From assembly GCA_963803975.1 (NCBI GenBank), contig CAWDOY010000003.1, positions 64,001-128,000 on the forward strand: a stretch of 64,000 bases of DNA, in the 5' to 3' direction. This stretch comes from an uncultured delta proteobacterium. GTDB lineage: Bacteria; Desulfobacterota; WTBG01; CAIYCZ01. Under the pieces are notes generated by a model that saw only the letters and a program-made list of their open reading frames with translations, did no database searches and was not told the origin of the DNA. Of the stretch, positions 43,646 to 54,176 are shown one piece after another; within the stretch, counting starts at the first letter, position 1; the number at the start of each line of letters is the position of its first letter. The translations under genes and the position numbers were made by a program.

Positions 43646-45999
43646 GTGAAAAAAGATAGCAGCATAATTCTAAGGATATTATTCGTTGTCTGCCTGTTTC
43701 AGCTGATTGCCGGGTTATTATATGCCCCTGCTTCATTAGCGCAATGTCCACCCCAGGGTTATCCTGACTATACGGTTGATTGTTTTAATGCATGGTGCTG
43801 CAAGCAGGATGAAAGCTGTTGTTCTGACCTGTATGGCAATTATGGTTGCTGCCCGCCAGCCACCGTATGCTGCTATGATGAGAATGGATATGCTGACTGC
43901 TGTCCCTCAGGGCAAACAACTACCATCCCCTCAGCTACGACATCTACTGTCACGGGAGGAGAAACTACTACAACGACCATCCCGGCAGGAGAAACGACTA
44001 CAACTACCGTCCCCGCAGCCACTTCGTCTACTGTCCCGGGAGGCGTAACTACCACAACGACTCAGGGAGTCGGCGGCCCCGACACGTATCTGGCTGCAAT
44101 CAATATAACGGGAACCGGTGCTCAGGATTCGCCGCAACCCTCAGGAACGCTGCCCGGCACCAGCCCTTCGGAAGCAGCGCCGCTCATGGCTTACGAAGGC
44201 ATTGGTCGGCCTATGTCGTTAATCATCCAGGACAGGTTTTTCCCGCCGCTTGATAAAAAGCTGTATGAAAAATCGCTGGAGGCATTAAAGGAAGAGAGAC
44301 TGTCAGCAGGGCCTAAGATTTCAACCTATGCTATCGGTGATGTAAAACAGTTCTGGGTAAAAGATGACAAGGATTTTGCCTGGCGGCAGGTCACGGCAAC
44401 CAATAAAAAAGAGGGAGCGCACAGCCTTATCTTTGTTGATAATACATCTGAACATGGCAGACGCAACACTTGAAACATACTCCTCAGAATTCGAGACAAT
44501 GTTTACCATTATTTCGAATAATATAGGTACATACAGTGACCGGGATGGGAACGGCAAAATTATAATATTAATCTATGACATTAATGATGGTGCCACTGTA
44601 CAGACAGGATGGCTGGCAGGATATTTCTGGAGCAAGGATTATATAAATGATTCGGTAACACAGCCCCAGGGGGTGCGGAGCAATGAAACGGACATGATTT
44701 ACATCCGAGGGAATGATCCTACCGGATGGACTACGGCGAATGGTGACTTTGCCGCAACCACGCTCACCACGCTCATCCATGAATACCAGCATATGGTGCA
44801 TTTCGGCATCATCTACTGGCAACCCCAGCTGGCCGGGAAAACCGGGAGCTTTGACGATACCTGGATAAATGAGATGATGTCCATGGCGTCAGAGACCATG
44901 TACTTCAAGAAAAAGCTTGCAGATAATCCGTCCTATACGTATGACGGAATGCTGCCGGGCGGATACCTGGAAGACCGGATACGGTTTTATAATAAAGACC
45001 CAAAAAACAGCATCCGCAATGGCCACGGTCTGGTCTACTGGGACAATAAGGGAGATGTGTTCTCAAATTACTCTCTGGCATATATCTTTGGGCAGTATCT
45101 TAACCTCCAGTCCAGCAGCGGGCAGGGAATTTATAAAGAGATATTGGATTATATGACGACAAACTCCGTGTATGATTACCGGGCAGTTGAAGAAGTGGCA
45201 AAACAGCGGCTGACGGGGATTGGAAGCTGGGAAGACCTCATTAAAAGCTGGGCGGTAGCCAATATACTCAACCAGGCAAGCGGTCTGTACGGGTACAAGG
45301 GCGCTTTCAGCCTGACGCCCCATGGCCCCACATCCGCAAATGTCACCATCCACAGCGGCGGCGTAGTGTACCGGACATTAAACGGCAACTGGACCAGGCC
45401 TGGTGATGCCGGGGCTGGCATTACGTATTGTGGTTTCAATTCTTCGGGTGAAGTAACCTGTAAATCTTCAGGTGGGGCTACAACGACGATTCCCGGAAAT
45501 AACTGCCCGCCTGAGTACCCGGTTGACTGCAATAATGGCTACTGCTGCCCGAGCAACCTGCCGGTCTGCGGTACCGGTAATAAGGTGGGAAGATGTTTAA
45601 GAAAGGGAATCTGCGTCAGCTCACTCATGTTCGGCAAAGATTCATATGAGAATAATCTCCTGCGATCATTCCGGGATCAGGTTCTTGAGCAGAACAGCAG
45701 AGGCGCGGAATTATCAAACCTCTATTACCAGCATACCGGCGAGCTGGCGGTTATTATCATGGGAGACCGGGAACTATACAAAGAGGTGATGGATGTTGCC
45801 CTGCAGGTGCTTCCTGAGATTGAGTCTGCGCTGCAGGGCTCGGAGATTGTTCATAGAAAAAGATCTGGAAAATAAAATTAGTCAGCTGTGCGAAAGGATA
45901 GCGCGCAAGGCAAGCCCGGATTTGAGGATGGCGGTTGAGAAGATCAGGGAAGACTTGAAAACCGGCCAGCTGTTGCGCGAACTCAGGCTCGCGAGGTAA
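43646..45999 (+). CDS. Secreted M30(hyicolysin)-like zinc metalloprotease with Cys-rich modules, Thr linker and CFI-box-CTERM-like tail (indels near 44445 and 45850)
   Basis: Signal peptide; Cys-rich N-terminus; TTTIP repeats; 'D.DGNGKI.IL','GYF...D','SNE.DM.Y','TL.HEYQHMVH..WINE.MS'; C-terminal 6-Cys module and 'C......LRSFRDQVL....G..L..LYY'. Confidence 0.8.
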
Positions 46000-46017
46000 C
46001 CAGCGGCCGGCAAACGA

Positions 46018-46559
46018 TCACTTTTTCTTTTCAAACGAGAGAGAGGCCGAATTAATGCAGTAGCGCAGCCCTGTCGGTTTTGGCCCGTCATCAAAAACAT
46101 GGCCAAGGTGCGCGTCACAGCGGCTGCACAGCACTTCGGTGCGCTCCATGAAATAACTCTTGTCTGTTACCGTCCGGATATTTTCTTTTACAACAGGCTG
46201 CCAGAAGCTCGGCCAGCCAGTGCCTGATTCAAACTTTGTATCGGAAGAGAACAGATCAGTCCCGCAGCACACGCACGTGTATGTCCCCTCCTCATGATTA
46301 TTCCAGTATTTCCCGGTAAACGGCGGCTCAGTGCCTTTTTTACGCGCTACATCAAACTGCTCGGGGTGAGTTCCTTCTTCCATTCCTGGTCACTTTTTAT
46401 AACCTTATCAGCCATAATAAATCCTTTTTGCTTTACTGAGTAAAGCCTGATTTGATTTTTTGTAGCGGGTATGTTCTGTTCACCAGCAAAAGCAAGAACG
46501 GAAAATGCAACTATTAATAAAGAATAAAATGATGTGATTGGCTTCATAATATCAAACAT
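46018..46559 (-). CDS. msrB: Peptide-methionine (R)-S-oxide reductase MsrB with signal peptide (frameshift near 46355)
   Basis: 'K.DQEWKK.LT', [41 protein letters not shown]. Confidence 0.95.
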
Positions 46560-46705
46560 TAAATAGCAAATATATGATTATATAATTAGCATGTGATGTA
46601 ACTTGTTACAAGGTGTATGGTAAAAGAATGACATTCAGATGAAAAATGAATGCAAAACAACCCCTGAAAACTGATAATAAATGCTTATATAGATAAGAGA
46701 TTTTA

Positions 46706-46750
46706 AATTAAAAAGAGCAGGGCCATTATCTGACACTGCTCTTTTTAATT
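46706..46750. terminator. Bidirectional intrinsic terminator
   Basis: Perfect 15-bp arms aattaaaaagagcag / ctgctctttttaatt. Confidence 0.8.
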
Positions 46751-46798
46751 GTTTTGTAATGACCCTTACTTGGAATTTTTATGTTATTATCAATTTAA

Positions 46799-46912
46799 TT
46801 ATTGATATGTCGGACATGGACTTGGTGAGCAGGTCTGGGCAGGGCCCAGCAATTCAATAATTTCATCTTCTGAATAAGTTATAACTTTTGGTGCTTCATA
46901 TTCTTTTTTCAT
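46799..46912 (-). CDS. 37-aa small protein, RiPP-precursor-like (missing from the ORF track)
   Basis: MKKEYEAPKVITYSEDEIIELLGPAQTCSPSPCPTYQ*; strong AAAGGAGGA RBS 8 nt upstream; terminator downstream. Confidence 0.7.
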   Translation of the reverse strand: MKKEYEAPKVITYSEDEIIELLGPAQTCSPSPCPTYQ

Positions 46913-47074
46913 TCTTAATGTCCTCCTTTAAACTTTATATCAGTCTTTTATTATATAGTTTATTAATGTAGTGGTTGCTGCTGCTGAATAATTATCAGTA
47001 CAGCTAAACCAAATTCCGTGTAATCATAGCTTTATTAAAGCACCGCCTCCTGTTACGTTTATACAAGCCCTGAA

Positions 47075-47689
47075 TTACGGGGTGCAGGTAGGGATTGGGT
47101 AGTTAGCTGAATCCCAAGGACTAACTTTTGTGTATCCGCCCACATGACACTTAAAGCAGAAATTTCCTCCACTAATGCCGTTAAATCCACCTGGATAATT
47201 ATAGTCAGTGCACAAATTTGCTTCATGTTGCGGAATTAGCAGGAGGTATAATGGGATTATTCCCCGTTACATAGCATTGGCTGAAATTCTGGCAGAACCG
47301 CCTCCCTGAAAATTAATATTTTCAATTCTATAAGCATACTGGGCACTGGTGTCCAGAAGCGCCTGGGGATACAGAGTGACACTCTTGCGGTCATCAGAAG
47401 CAGCCACGTCACAGGCAACATCAGTAAAGAACATAGTCAAATCCGCTAAACTAGCTGCAGCTTCTTGACACAGTAGGTCATGTCAGGCTGATTGCCGATC
47501 ATGGCAACCGGTGAGTCAAGATCAATGAGCATGATAGTATTGGTTGTCAGCCCGTTCCAGGACTCCGGGAGAGCCAGGATAGCCGCTGGTGATGCTTGCT
47601 CCAAAACAGGGCCAATCAGTACAAGCATGGGGAGTAGCTCATAATGCCAGTAGAAGCTATTGCAGAGTCTTTTTAAAAAGTGGTTTCAT
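47075..47689 (-). CDS. Putative exported Ig-like-domain protein with a CxxCH heme motif (heavily frameshifted)
   Basis: AAGGAG RBS before ATG 47689; fragments 'SDDRKSVTLYPQALLDTSAQY' (Ig-like) and C-terminal 'NFCFKCHVGG...TCTP*'. Confidence 0.45.
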
Positions 47690-47724
47690 GGGATATCTCC
47701 TTTTTATTAGATTTGCTTTTGTTA

Positions 47725-49268
47725 TCAGACAATAAACTTTCTTAATTGTTTTACCATCATCTCTTATCACATGGACTGAGCAGGCCATGACACGGGTCAA
47801 AGGTATGTATTACCCTGACCGCTTCAATCGGCTGTGCTGCATTCAGCAACAGGAGTGCCGATGAGCGCCTGTTCTATCGCGCCCTTGCTCCCGTCAGCAT
47901 CCAGTGGTGAAGCATTCCAGCAGGTTGGTGTTATGATCTGGTAGTGGGAAATCTTTCTCAGTAGTCATCATATTTGACCCAGTGGCCAAGGGCACCTCTG
48001 ATTGCCTCGGTTAGATCCGCTGCCACTGCCATTGGCAGGAATTTCATAGGGAATGAAAGAAGGACTCTGAAAGCATTGCGCTGCAGGTCTGTCAACCAGC
48101 CAACCATGGCGTTCGCAACTTTTAGCGACTCATAGCGGCCTGACTAATCTCCGGTCAGCAACAGAAATCTGGGCAGGATAGTCTCCTGTTACCACCATGC
48201 GTGCCAGCGGGCCCACTTCATACACATCTTTAGTTGACGCCATTGGTTTTATACCGGGGTGCCTTAAGCCAGGAATACGCCCCTGCCTTGCCAGGGAAAG
48301 CACTGGGAGGAGTGGGCGCAGGATTAGATAGGAGTAATTATGGGGTTAGTTACTCCATTGAACGGCTGCAGATTGTCAGCACCTGTGTACCATGCGTGGA
48401 GTACGTCCTCAACAATATTATTTTGATCCATAACCGGGACAGTATTTGCACCATCGTAAATCCCTCGTCTTCAAGAAGGCAGGTATTCACGCTGTCTGTG
48501 CCCTGCGGAAATACACCGTAGCTCAGTAATTTTCCAGGGCCGACACCAATGCTTAAATAATCAGCATAATAACCGCCGGGACTAAAAAGAAGGTTCATAT
48601 CCGGAATGTAGCTGCCGGTGATGAAGGTCTTTATATCGGTGAGCAGACGTGGTCATGGTGGCAATATCAGCAGCTGACGGGTGTCGCAGAATTCCCGCCT
48701 CCGATGAAGGTTGCTCCATGGGGCTGTTTGCCCGCCGAGGATTGCGCAGATGGTGTGGGCTTTTCTCCTGGCGGTAAGGGCTGCAACGTAATTCCCGGTT
48801 AATGCGTTTGTGTCTGCTAAATTAGGCCTCCTGTCGCCTCCATAGATCGGCGCCCAGGGGCCCAGTTCAAGGTGCCAGCGCCAAGGACCGTGGAGGACGG
48901 CATATCAATATAGTCCTGCAGCATAGAGGTGTAGCAGTGCAGGACGTGGCTGTGCAGAAATTCAGCGCCGTGAATGAGGTTGTGTCATGAGCCTGCCCTT
49001 GGGCGTGGGCTGAACATTTGCAGCAACATCCATGGCATTTACCGCTGCAATGGCATGGATAGTCGGGACAAACGCCGCACACCCGCTGGGTAATGAGCGG
49101 TGCATCAAGGGGTTCCTGGCCGACCATGAAATTTTCAAACCCTCGATACATGTTCCCTGCCATCTGTGCATCTGTTACCGCCCCATGGTAGTGTTGTCAA
49201 TGGTCAGGATGACCTTCAAGATGTCCTTCAATCCTTGGTATTGGATCTATTATTGTTGTTACAGCCAT
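47725..49268 (-). CDS. [NiFe]-hydrogenase large subunit, group 1 (many indels)
   Basis: 'MAVTTIIDPIPRIEGHL', 'RGFE', L1 'TQRVCGVCP', 'YSW.KAPRY', 'EVGPLAR', 'RGALGHW', 'YQII.PT.WN', L2 'FDPC/MACSVHV' with a 1-nt insertion and a C-terminal extension. Confidence 0.88.
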
Positions 49269-49290
49269 AGTGTGCTCCTTTTATAATAAG

Positions 49291-50375
49291 TCAATTGTTA
49301 TGTTCTAATTGTTTTAATTCGGGAACGGTAATGTTATTTATTTGACGGTTAAAAGGAACTGCTGGAAACATCGGTTGTGAGCAGCCGATGCAGAGATGGT
49401 TAATGCCAGGGGCATTGCACCATTTTCCGTGTGCCGCCAGTTCCCGTGCTGTTCCATCCCCTTGTGGGGCAGTCCGCATAGGTTTCTGTGCCTCTGCAGC
49501 CGACTGCTCTTAAACATTTAACCGGGTCACCGACACTGAATCGGCAAAGTTGCCCGACGTCATGCTGCGGTTTTCTCGGGCATTGGCTGTGAACGGTATT
49601 TTGGAAAAGAGGTATCACTGTTGTTCCGATGGTGACGGTTGTCGGTCTTCTATAACTATCTCGTGGAGGCAGAATAGCAGCCAGTTGGTGCTAATAATAT
49701 GTACAATTGACAGTACTATCCAGTCAGGATGTACCGGGCATCCGGGGATATAAGACGCTTCTTGCGACGGTAGTTTATAATTCGTATTCCAGCGTAGCCC
49801 ACATAAGGTGCACTCCAGTATGGATTGGCGGTGATTGCTTCTGGGTACATTCTGGAACTGATTCCCCCCGATGGCATTTACTCCACCATAAGCAGGCGCA
49901 GGCACCCACATAGATTACAGCCTTTGCGCGCTGCTCCCACCGGTTAAAGGCATCAATCAACATTCATGACTCCAACTGCGCAGTAGTGCTGTCTTCTCCT
50001 ACAATGGCATAGCCATTAAGATTGCTTAAAGCACCCGGTTAAGACAAGAATATATGGTGTCGTTGGGTAATTATCAGTATACCGCCTTTGCCTGCATCAA
50101 TGGCCATTTGCCCGGATGCCCCCATGAGAACGCTTTCGATATTTGAGTTCAATGTTATTCAGCAGGACACTTTCAATGCCGGCAGATACGCCATCAAAAT
50201 AATTGGCAAGCGATACAACGCATCCTGAATCCCCAAGCCCTTCAAACCATATGACCGGCGGTCTTCCTGAGCCAGCTAATGCCTCATTCAGTTTGAACAT
50301 GTCAAACTGAGTTGCACCTACTGCTGCAGCTGAATAGGCAGCCATCCGTAAAAAGTCTCGACGTGATATTTTCAT
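49291..50375 (-). CDS. [NiFe]-hydrogenase small subunit with Tat signal (many indels)
   Basis: 'SRRDFLR' Tat motif, 'PPVIWFEGLGDSGC', 'VG.CA..GG', 'PGCPVHPDW', 'H..CPR','CL..GC.G..T.ADC','WN..WC..CIGC'. Confidence 0.88.
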
Positions 50376-50414
50376 AATAAGTTCTCCCTATAAAAGGTTA
50401 TTGTTACAAATCAT

Positions 50415-51407
50415 TTAGTTTTGATGGAATAGAGAGTATATCCATCGCGGAGTTGCCCTGACCGGTTTATGTTCGGTTACAGTGCCGGCTGTATCAACGT
50501 CTTCAAGTTTGTATATGTATATAATGCCATTTCTTACATCATCATCTACGTAGGTATATTCTGCTCCGGATGTTGCAGTGCCCTTTGCCGGAATCAGCGT
50601 GTCATTCAGTTTGGTCATCTCGGATGAACCAATGACACCGCGATAAATATTGAAGCCTGCCGTGTCTATCTCGCTCTCAGTCCTCCACATAAGTGTTACT
50701 TCACCATCTCCAGGGATTGCTGAAAAATTTGAAAGTTCAATTACCGTTGGTATTGCTGTAGTGGTAGTTGTTGAACCTGTAATAGTTGTTGTTGTGGTTG
50801 GTGGTGGAGTTCCCTCATAGATAACCCACACCACATTCTGGATCAAGCTGCAGTTGAGGACATTCGAGAACTGGACAGTGATAGTGCGTGTATCTTGATC
50901 ATTCCAGGGTGATGTAATATTCCAATAGGGATAGCTGACGCCGCTCTGGACCGATTGTACTGGTGTAATTGCGGGAAAAAGCTCTGTTGAAGCAAAAGAT
51001 GCAGGGTAAACATCCGCAGACCAGTCCATGATACCATGTATTGTTTGATGCTGTTGCCGTCTGGTCTGCATTAGAGAAAATGCTTGTCCCATCATAGGCC
51101 ATTGTTGACCAGGCAGCTGATGGTTGTGAACAAAGATTATTTGACCACAGAAAAAGATTAACTAAGCGGGGGTTTGTGAGTGTGTCGCCAGAAATATTTT
51201 TCAGTTCATAAGTCTTGGTTAAAGTATTTGATACAGGGTCATAAGAATAGGTCATATTTTGGAGTTGGATCGCAGTACTTAAGGGATCTGGTGCTGCTAA
51301 GTAGGTTAAGCTGCTTGGACGTGGGCAGGGTTGGCTGTCATTGCCGCTATGGCTATGAGCAGGGCAATGGCAATACTGTTTAGTGATGAACTACACCTTC
51401 GTTTCAT
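50415..51407 (-). CDS. Secreted protein with Thr linker and C-terminal FN3-like 'ELS.F.A..V.L.W.T.SE.D..GFN.YR' domain (frameshifted)
   Basis: ATG 51407 with AAGGAG RBS and signal-like N-terminus; ORFs 50899..51255 and 50415..51095 are consecutive frames. Confidence 0.6.
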
Positions 51408-51819
51408 AGTTAATCTCCTTTTGCTATTGTTTTTTGCCAGCACTATCGGTTTTTAGAACACGACATTGTTACCTCCTTATATTTATTTTTACGACTATCT
51501 TATAATTTTTTATGTTACTGAACAGGCACCGCGTACTGCATTTACTTTCATTGCAAACAGTATTTAACCATCATAATAGTAGACATTATGGGTAATCAAT
51601 TTTTAAAAATTAATTACTATGTTTATTTTTAGATGCGTTGCTGGGAAGGTAGGTGTTTTTTCTGTTGCTGTAATTCGTTTTATGTAATTAAGTATCTTCT
51701 TTAAAAATCAAAATGTCAAGAGGATAATGACTGTATTCGAAAAAAAATAAAATTAACAATAATGCCATAAAAATTAAAATAGCATAAAATAGAAAATATA
51801 TTAATTAATTATTTGAGCA

Positions 51820-52311
51820 TTATTTTTTATCTGTAATTATTATTGCTTTTTTTATCAATTCTTTAACAATTAACGCTATTAGTTTAGGGACCTTATCCTT
51901 TAAGCAATCACTGAGTTCCATGCCCCATGAGCTCATGTCCTCTGGTTCTATGCCAAAGAATATAATTTCAGGATTAATACCCAGCATCTTCCACTGATCA
52001 AGTGCCTCAAGAAACCCTATATCATGCACGGACATGGCCAGAGGAGTTGCAAAGTTGATATCATTGCGCGTGAAGCGATAGATAGTGCCGGGTTCACTGC
52101 CGGCTTTAACTGCATCGACAACGATTATAGTTTTACAATCCTCTATTTCATTTATAAGCGCAAAACCCAGAGTGCCTCCGTCAACTATTTTAACCGGGGG
52201 AGAGAAAGTATATTGCTGCTGCAGCGCTTCAATAACTCTTACGCCTACGCCTTCATCGCGGAGTAAAATATTACCTAAACCTATTATAGCGATACTGCTG
52301 TCGTGTTTCAT
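51820..52311 (-). CDS. Hydrogenase maturation endopeptidase (HyaD/HybD family)
   Basis: GLGN.L..DEGVGV, DGGT, VDA, S.H, GIEP. Confidence 0.95.
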   Translation of the reverse strand: MKHDSSIAIIGLGNILLRDEGVGVRVIEALQQQYTFSPPVKIVDGGTLGFALINEIEDCKTIIVVDAVKAGSEPGTIYRFTRNDINFATPLAMSVHDIGFLEALDQWKMLGINPEIIFFGIEPEDMSSWGMELSDCLKDKVPKLIALIVKELIKKAIIITDKK

Positions 52312-52408
52312 ATTTTATATTAATATGATACATAATAAGTACTTGTCAATGAGATAGGTCTAAAAAAGTAAACTGACAAAATAAAAAATTGCCCTGGAGT
52401 ATCCAAAT

Positions 52409-53185
52409 ATGAAGGACAACATTAAATTAGCAGTTACCGGCAAGGGCGGGGTTGGTAAAACAACCATCTCAGCATTGTTGTGCAAAGCCTTAAGCGAGAG
52501 GGGGTACACGGTGCTGGCGGTAGATGGTGATCCCAGCGCCAATCTGGCATCAGCCCTTGGCTTCCCGGAGGATATGGTCATTACCCCGCTGGTGGAAATG
52601 AAGGAGCTTATCGAGGAGAGAATCGGGGCCGCGCCCGGCAGCATGGGCGGGATGTTAAAGTTAAACCCGAAGGTGGATGATCTTCCGGAAAAACTATGGA
52701 AAGAAAAAGATGGCATAAAGCTCATGGTGATGGGAACGGTAAAGAAAGGCGGCGGCGGATGCATGTGCCCTGAGAATATCATACTGAAATCGATGATTCA
52801 GAATTTGCTTCTGCAGCGCAATGAAGCCGTGATACTGGACATGGAGGCAGGGGTGGAGCACCTGGGCAGGGCTACTGCGCAGGCAGTTGATCAGCTTATT
52901 GTTGTTGTTGAGCCGGGCAGGAGAAGTATTGATACGGCATTTAAAATCAGAGAGCTTGCGGAAGATATACGGCTCAACAAAATATCTGTTATAGTTAACA
53001 AAGTCAGGGATGATGCAGATATTGATTTCGTACAAAAAAATTGTGCAGGTCTCTCCGTGCTTGGGTACCTGCAGTTTGACCAGGGAATTGTGCGGTCTGA
53101 CATGGAGCGGGTGCCGCCCTGGGAATTGAGCCTTCAATCACTTGCAGCAATGCGGGAGATAGCCGGGAAACTAATCGGGAGCTGA
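52409..53185 (+). CDS. cooC: CooC-family nickel-insertion ATPase
   Basis: GKGGVGKT, D.DP..NL, 'LNPKVDD', GGGCMCP (CxC Ni motif), DMEAGVEHLGR.T. Confidence 0.9.
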   Translation: MKDNIKLAVTGKGGVGKTTISALLCKALSERGYTVLAVDGDPSANLASALGFPEDMVITPLVEMKELIEERIGAAPGSMGGMLKLNPKVDDLPEKLWKEKDGIKLMVMGTVKKGGGGCMCPENIILKSMIQNLLLQRNEAVILDMEAGVEHLGRATAQAVDQLIVVVEPGRRSIDTAFKIRELAEDIRLNKISVIVNKVRDDADIDFVQKNCAGLSVLGYLQFDQGIVRSDMERVPPWELSLQSLAAMREIAGKLIGS

Positions 53186-53215
53186 ATTGCTCCTTGAGCT
53201 GAAGGATATATTACC

Positions 53216-54146
53216 GTGAAAACCGTTATTATCGGCCCGGGAGCCATGGGCTGTCTGTATGCATTTCTGCTCACCAGAGCAGGTTATGAAGCGTGGCTGC
53301 TGGATAACAGCGAAGACCGCGCTGAACGGATACGGGCTCAGGGGTTGAAGATTGAGGGGGTGAGCGGAGCGTATCAGCTGCCGTTCCCGAGAATAAGCGC
53401 TTCCCCGGACGTAATCGGTAAGGCAGACCTGCTGATTCTTTTTGTTAAAGCCTATAGCACGGCAACAGCCCTTGAAAGCGCGCGGGAGCTGGTTACTGCC
53501 AATACCATGATTCTAACGCTGCAGAACGGTATCGGCAATGTGGAATCCATACGGGACGCGTATCCACAGAATCCAATTGTTGCCGGCACTACCGCACAGG
53601 GGGCCACGCTGCTTGGCAGCGGGCACATACGGCATGCAGGCATGGGTGAGACCATCATCGGCGGAATTGATGCGAACAGCACGTTTCACGCAAAGCTGAT
53701 CAAAGATCTGTTTATGAGTGCGTATATCCCAACTGAAATGACTGAGGATGTTCACGGGAGTTTTGTGGGGAAAGCTGCTGGTCAACTGCGGCATCAATCC
53801 CCTCACGGCAATCATGAGGGTACCTAATGGGCAGCTGCCAAAAATTCCCGACCTTTGTGAAGTAATGAGCAGGGTTGTTGAGGAAGGCGCGGCCATTGCA
53901 CAAAGCGCCGGTATAACGCTGCCCTACAGTGACCCGGTGGCAAAGGTCATGGAGGTTTGTGCGGCAACAGCCGGTAACCGCTCTTCAATGCTGCAGGACA
54001 TCGAAGCAGGGAAAAAGACCGAGATTAATTATCTGAATGGTGCGCTTGTCAGATACGGTACAGAAACGGGAGTTGCAGCGCCGGTTAACAGTTTTCTTAC
54101 TCACCTGGTACAGGCATTGGAAACGGGCAGCAGTGCGGTGCACTGA
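53216..54146 (+). CDS. panE: 2-dehydropantoate 2-reductase (frameshift near 53752)
   Basis: GPGAMG, VKAY, LQNG, W.KL.VN..INP, SSMLQD..G..TEI..LNG. Confidence 0.93.
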
Positions 54147-54176
54147 ACACGGTATAAACCCGTTACGCAGCGCTCA

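Noticed and set aside
46799..46912. Lasso peptide assignment for the small ORF
   Set aside because: No Asp/Glu acceptor in the putative core and no lasso cyclase or peptidase in the window; kept only as generic RiPP-like.
47768..47800. Selenocysteine in the large-subunit L2 motif ([NiFeSe] enzyme)
   Set aside because: The minus strand reads GAC CCG TGT C ATG GCC TGC, i.e. Cys plus a 1-nt insertion, with no in-frame TGA at that position.
765..54146. Numerous split genes read as pseudogenes or programmed frameshifts (yidC, rnpA, ffh, tkt, panE, msrB, transporters)
   Set aside because: They include essential genes, the breaks are single-base indels often in homopolymers, and both halves are well conserved. 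Long-read consensus error is the simplest explanation.
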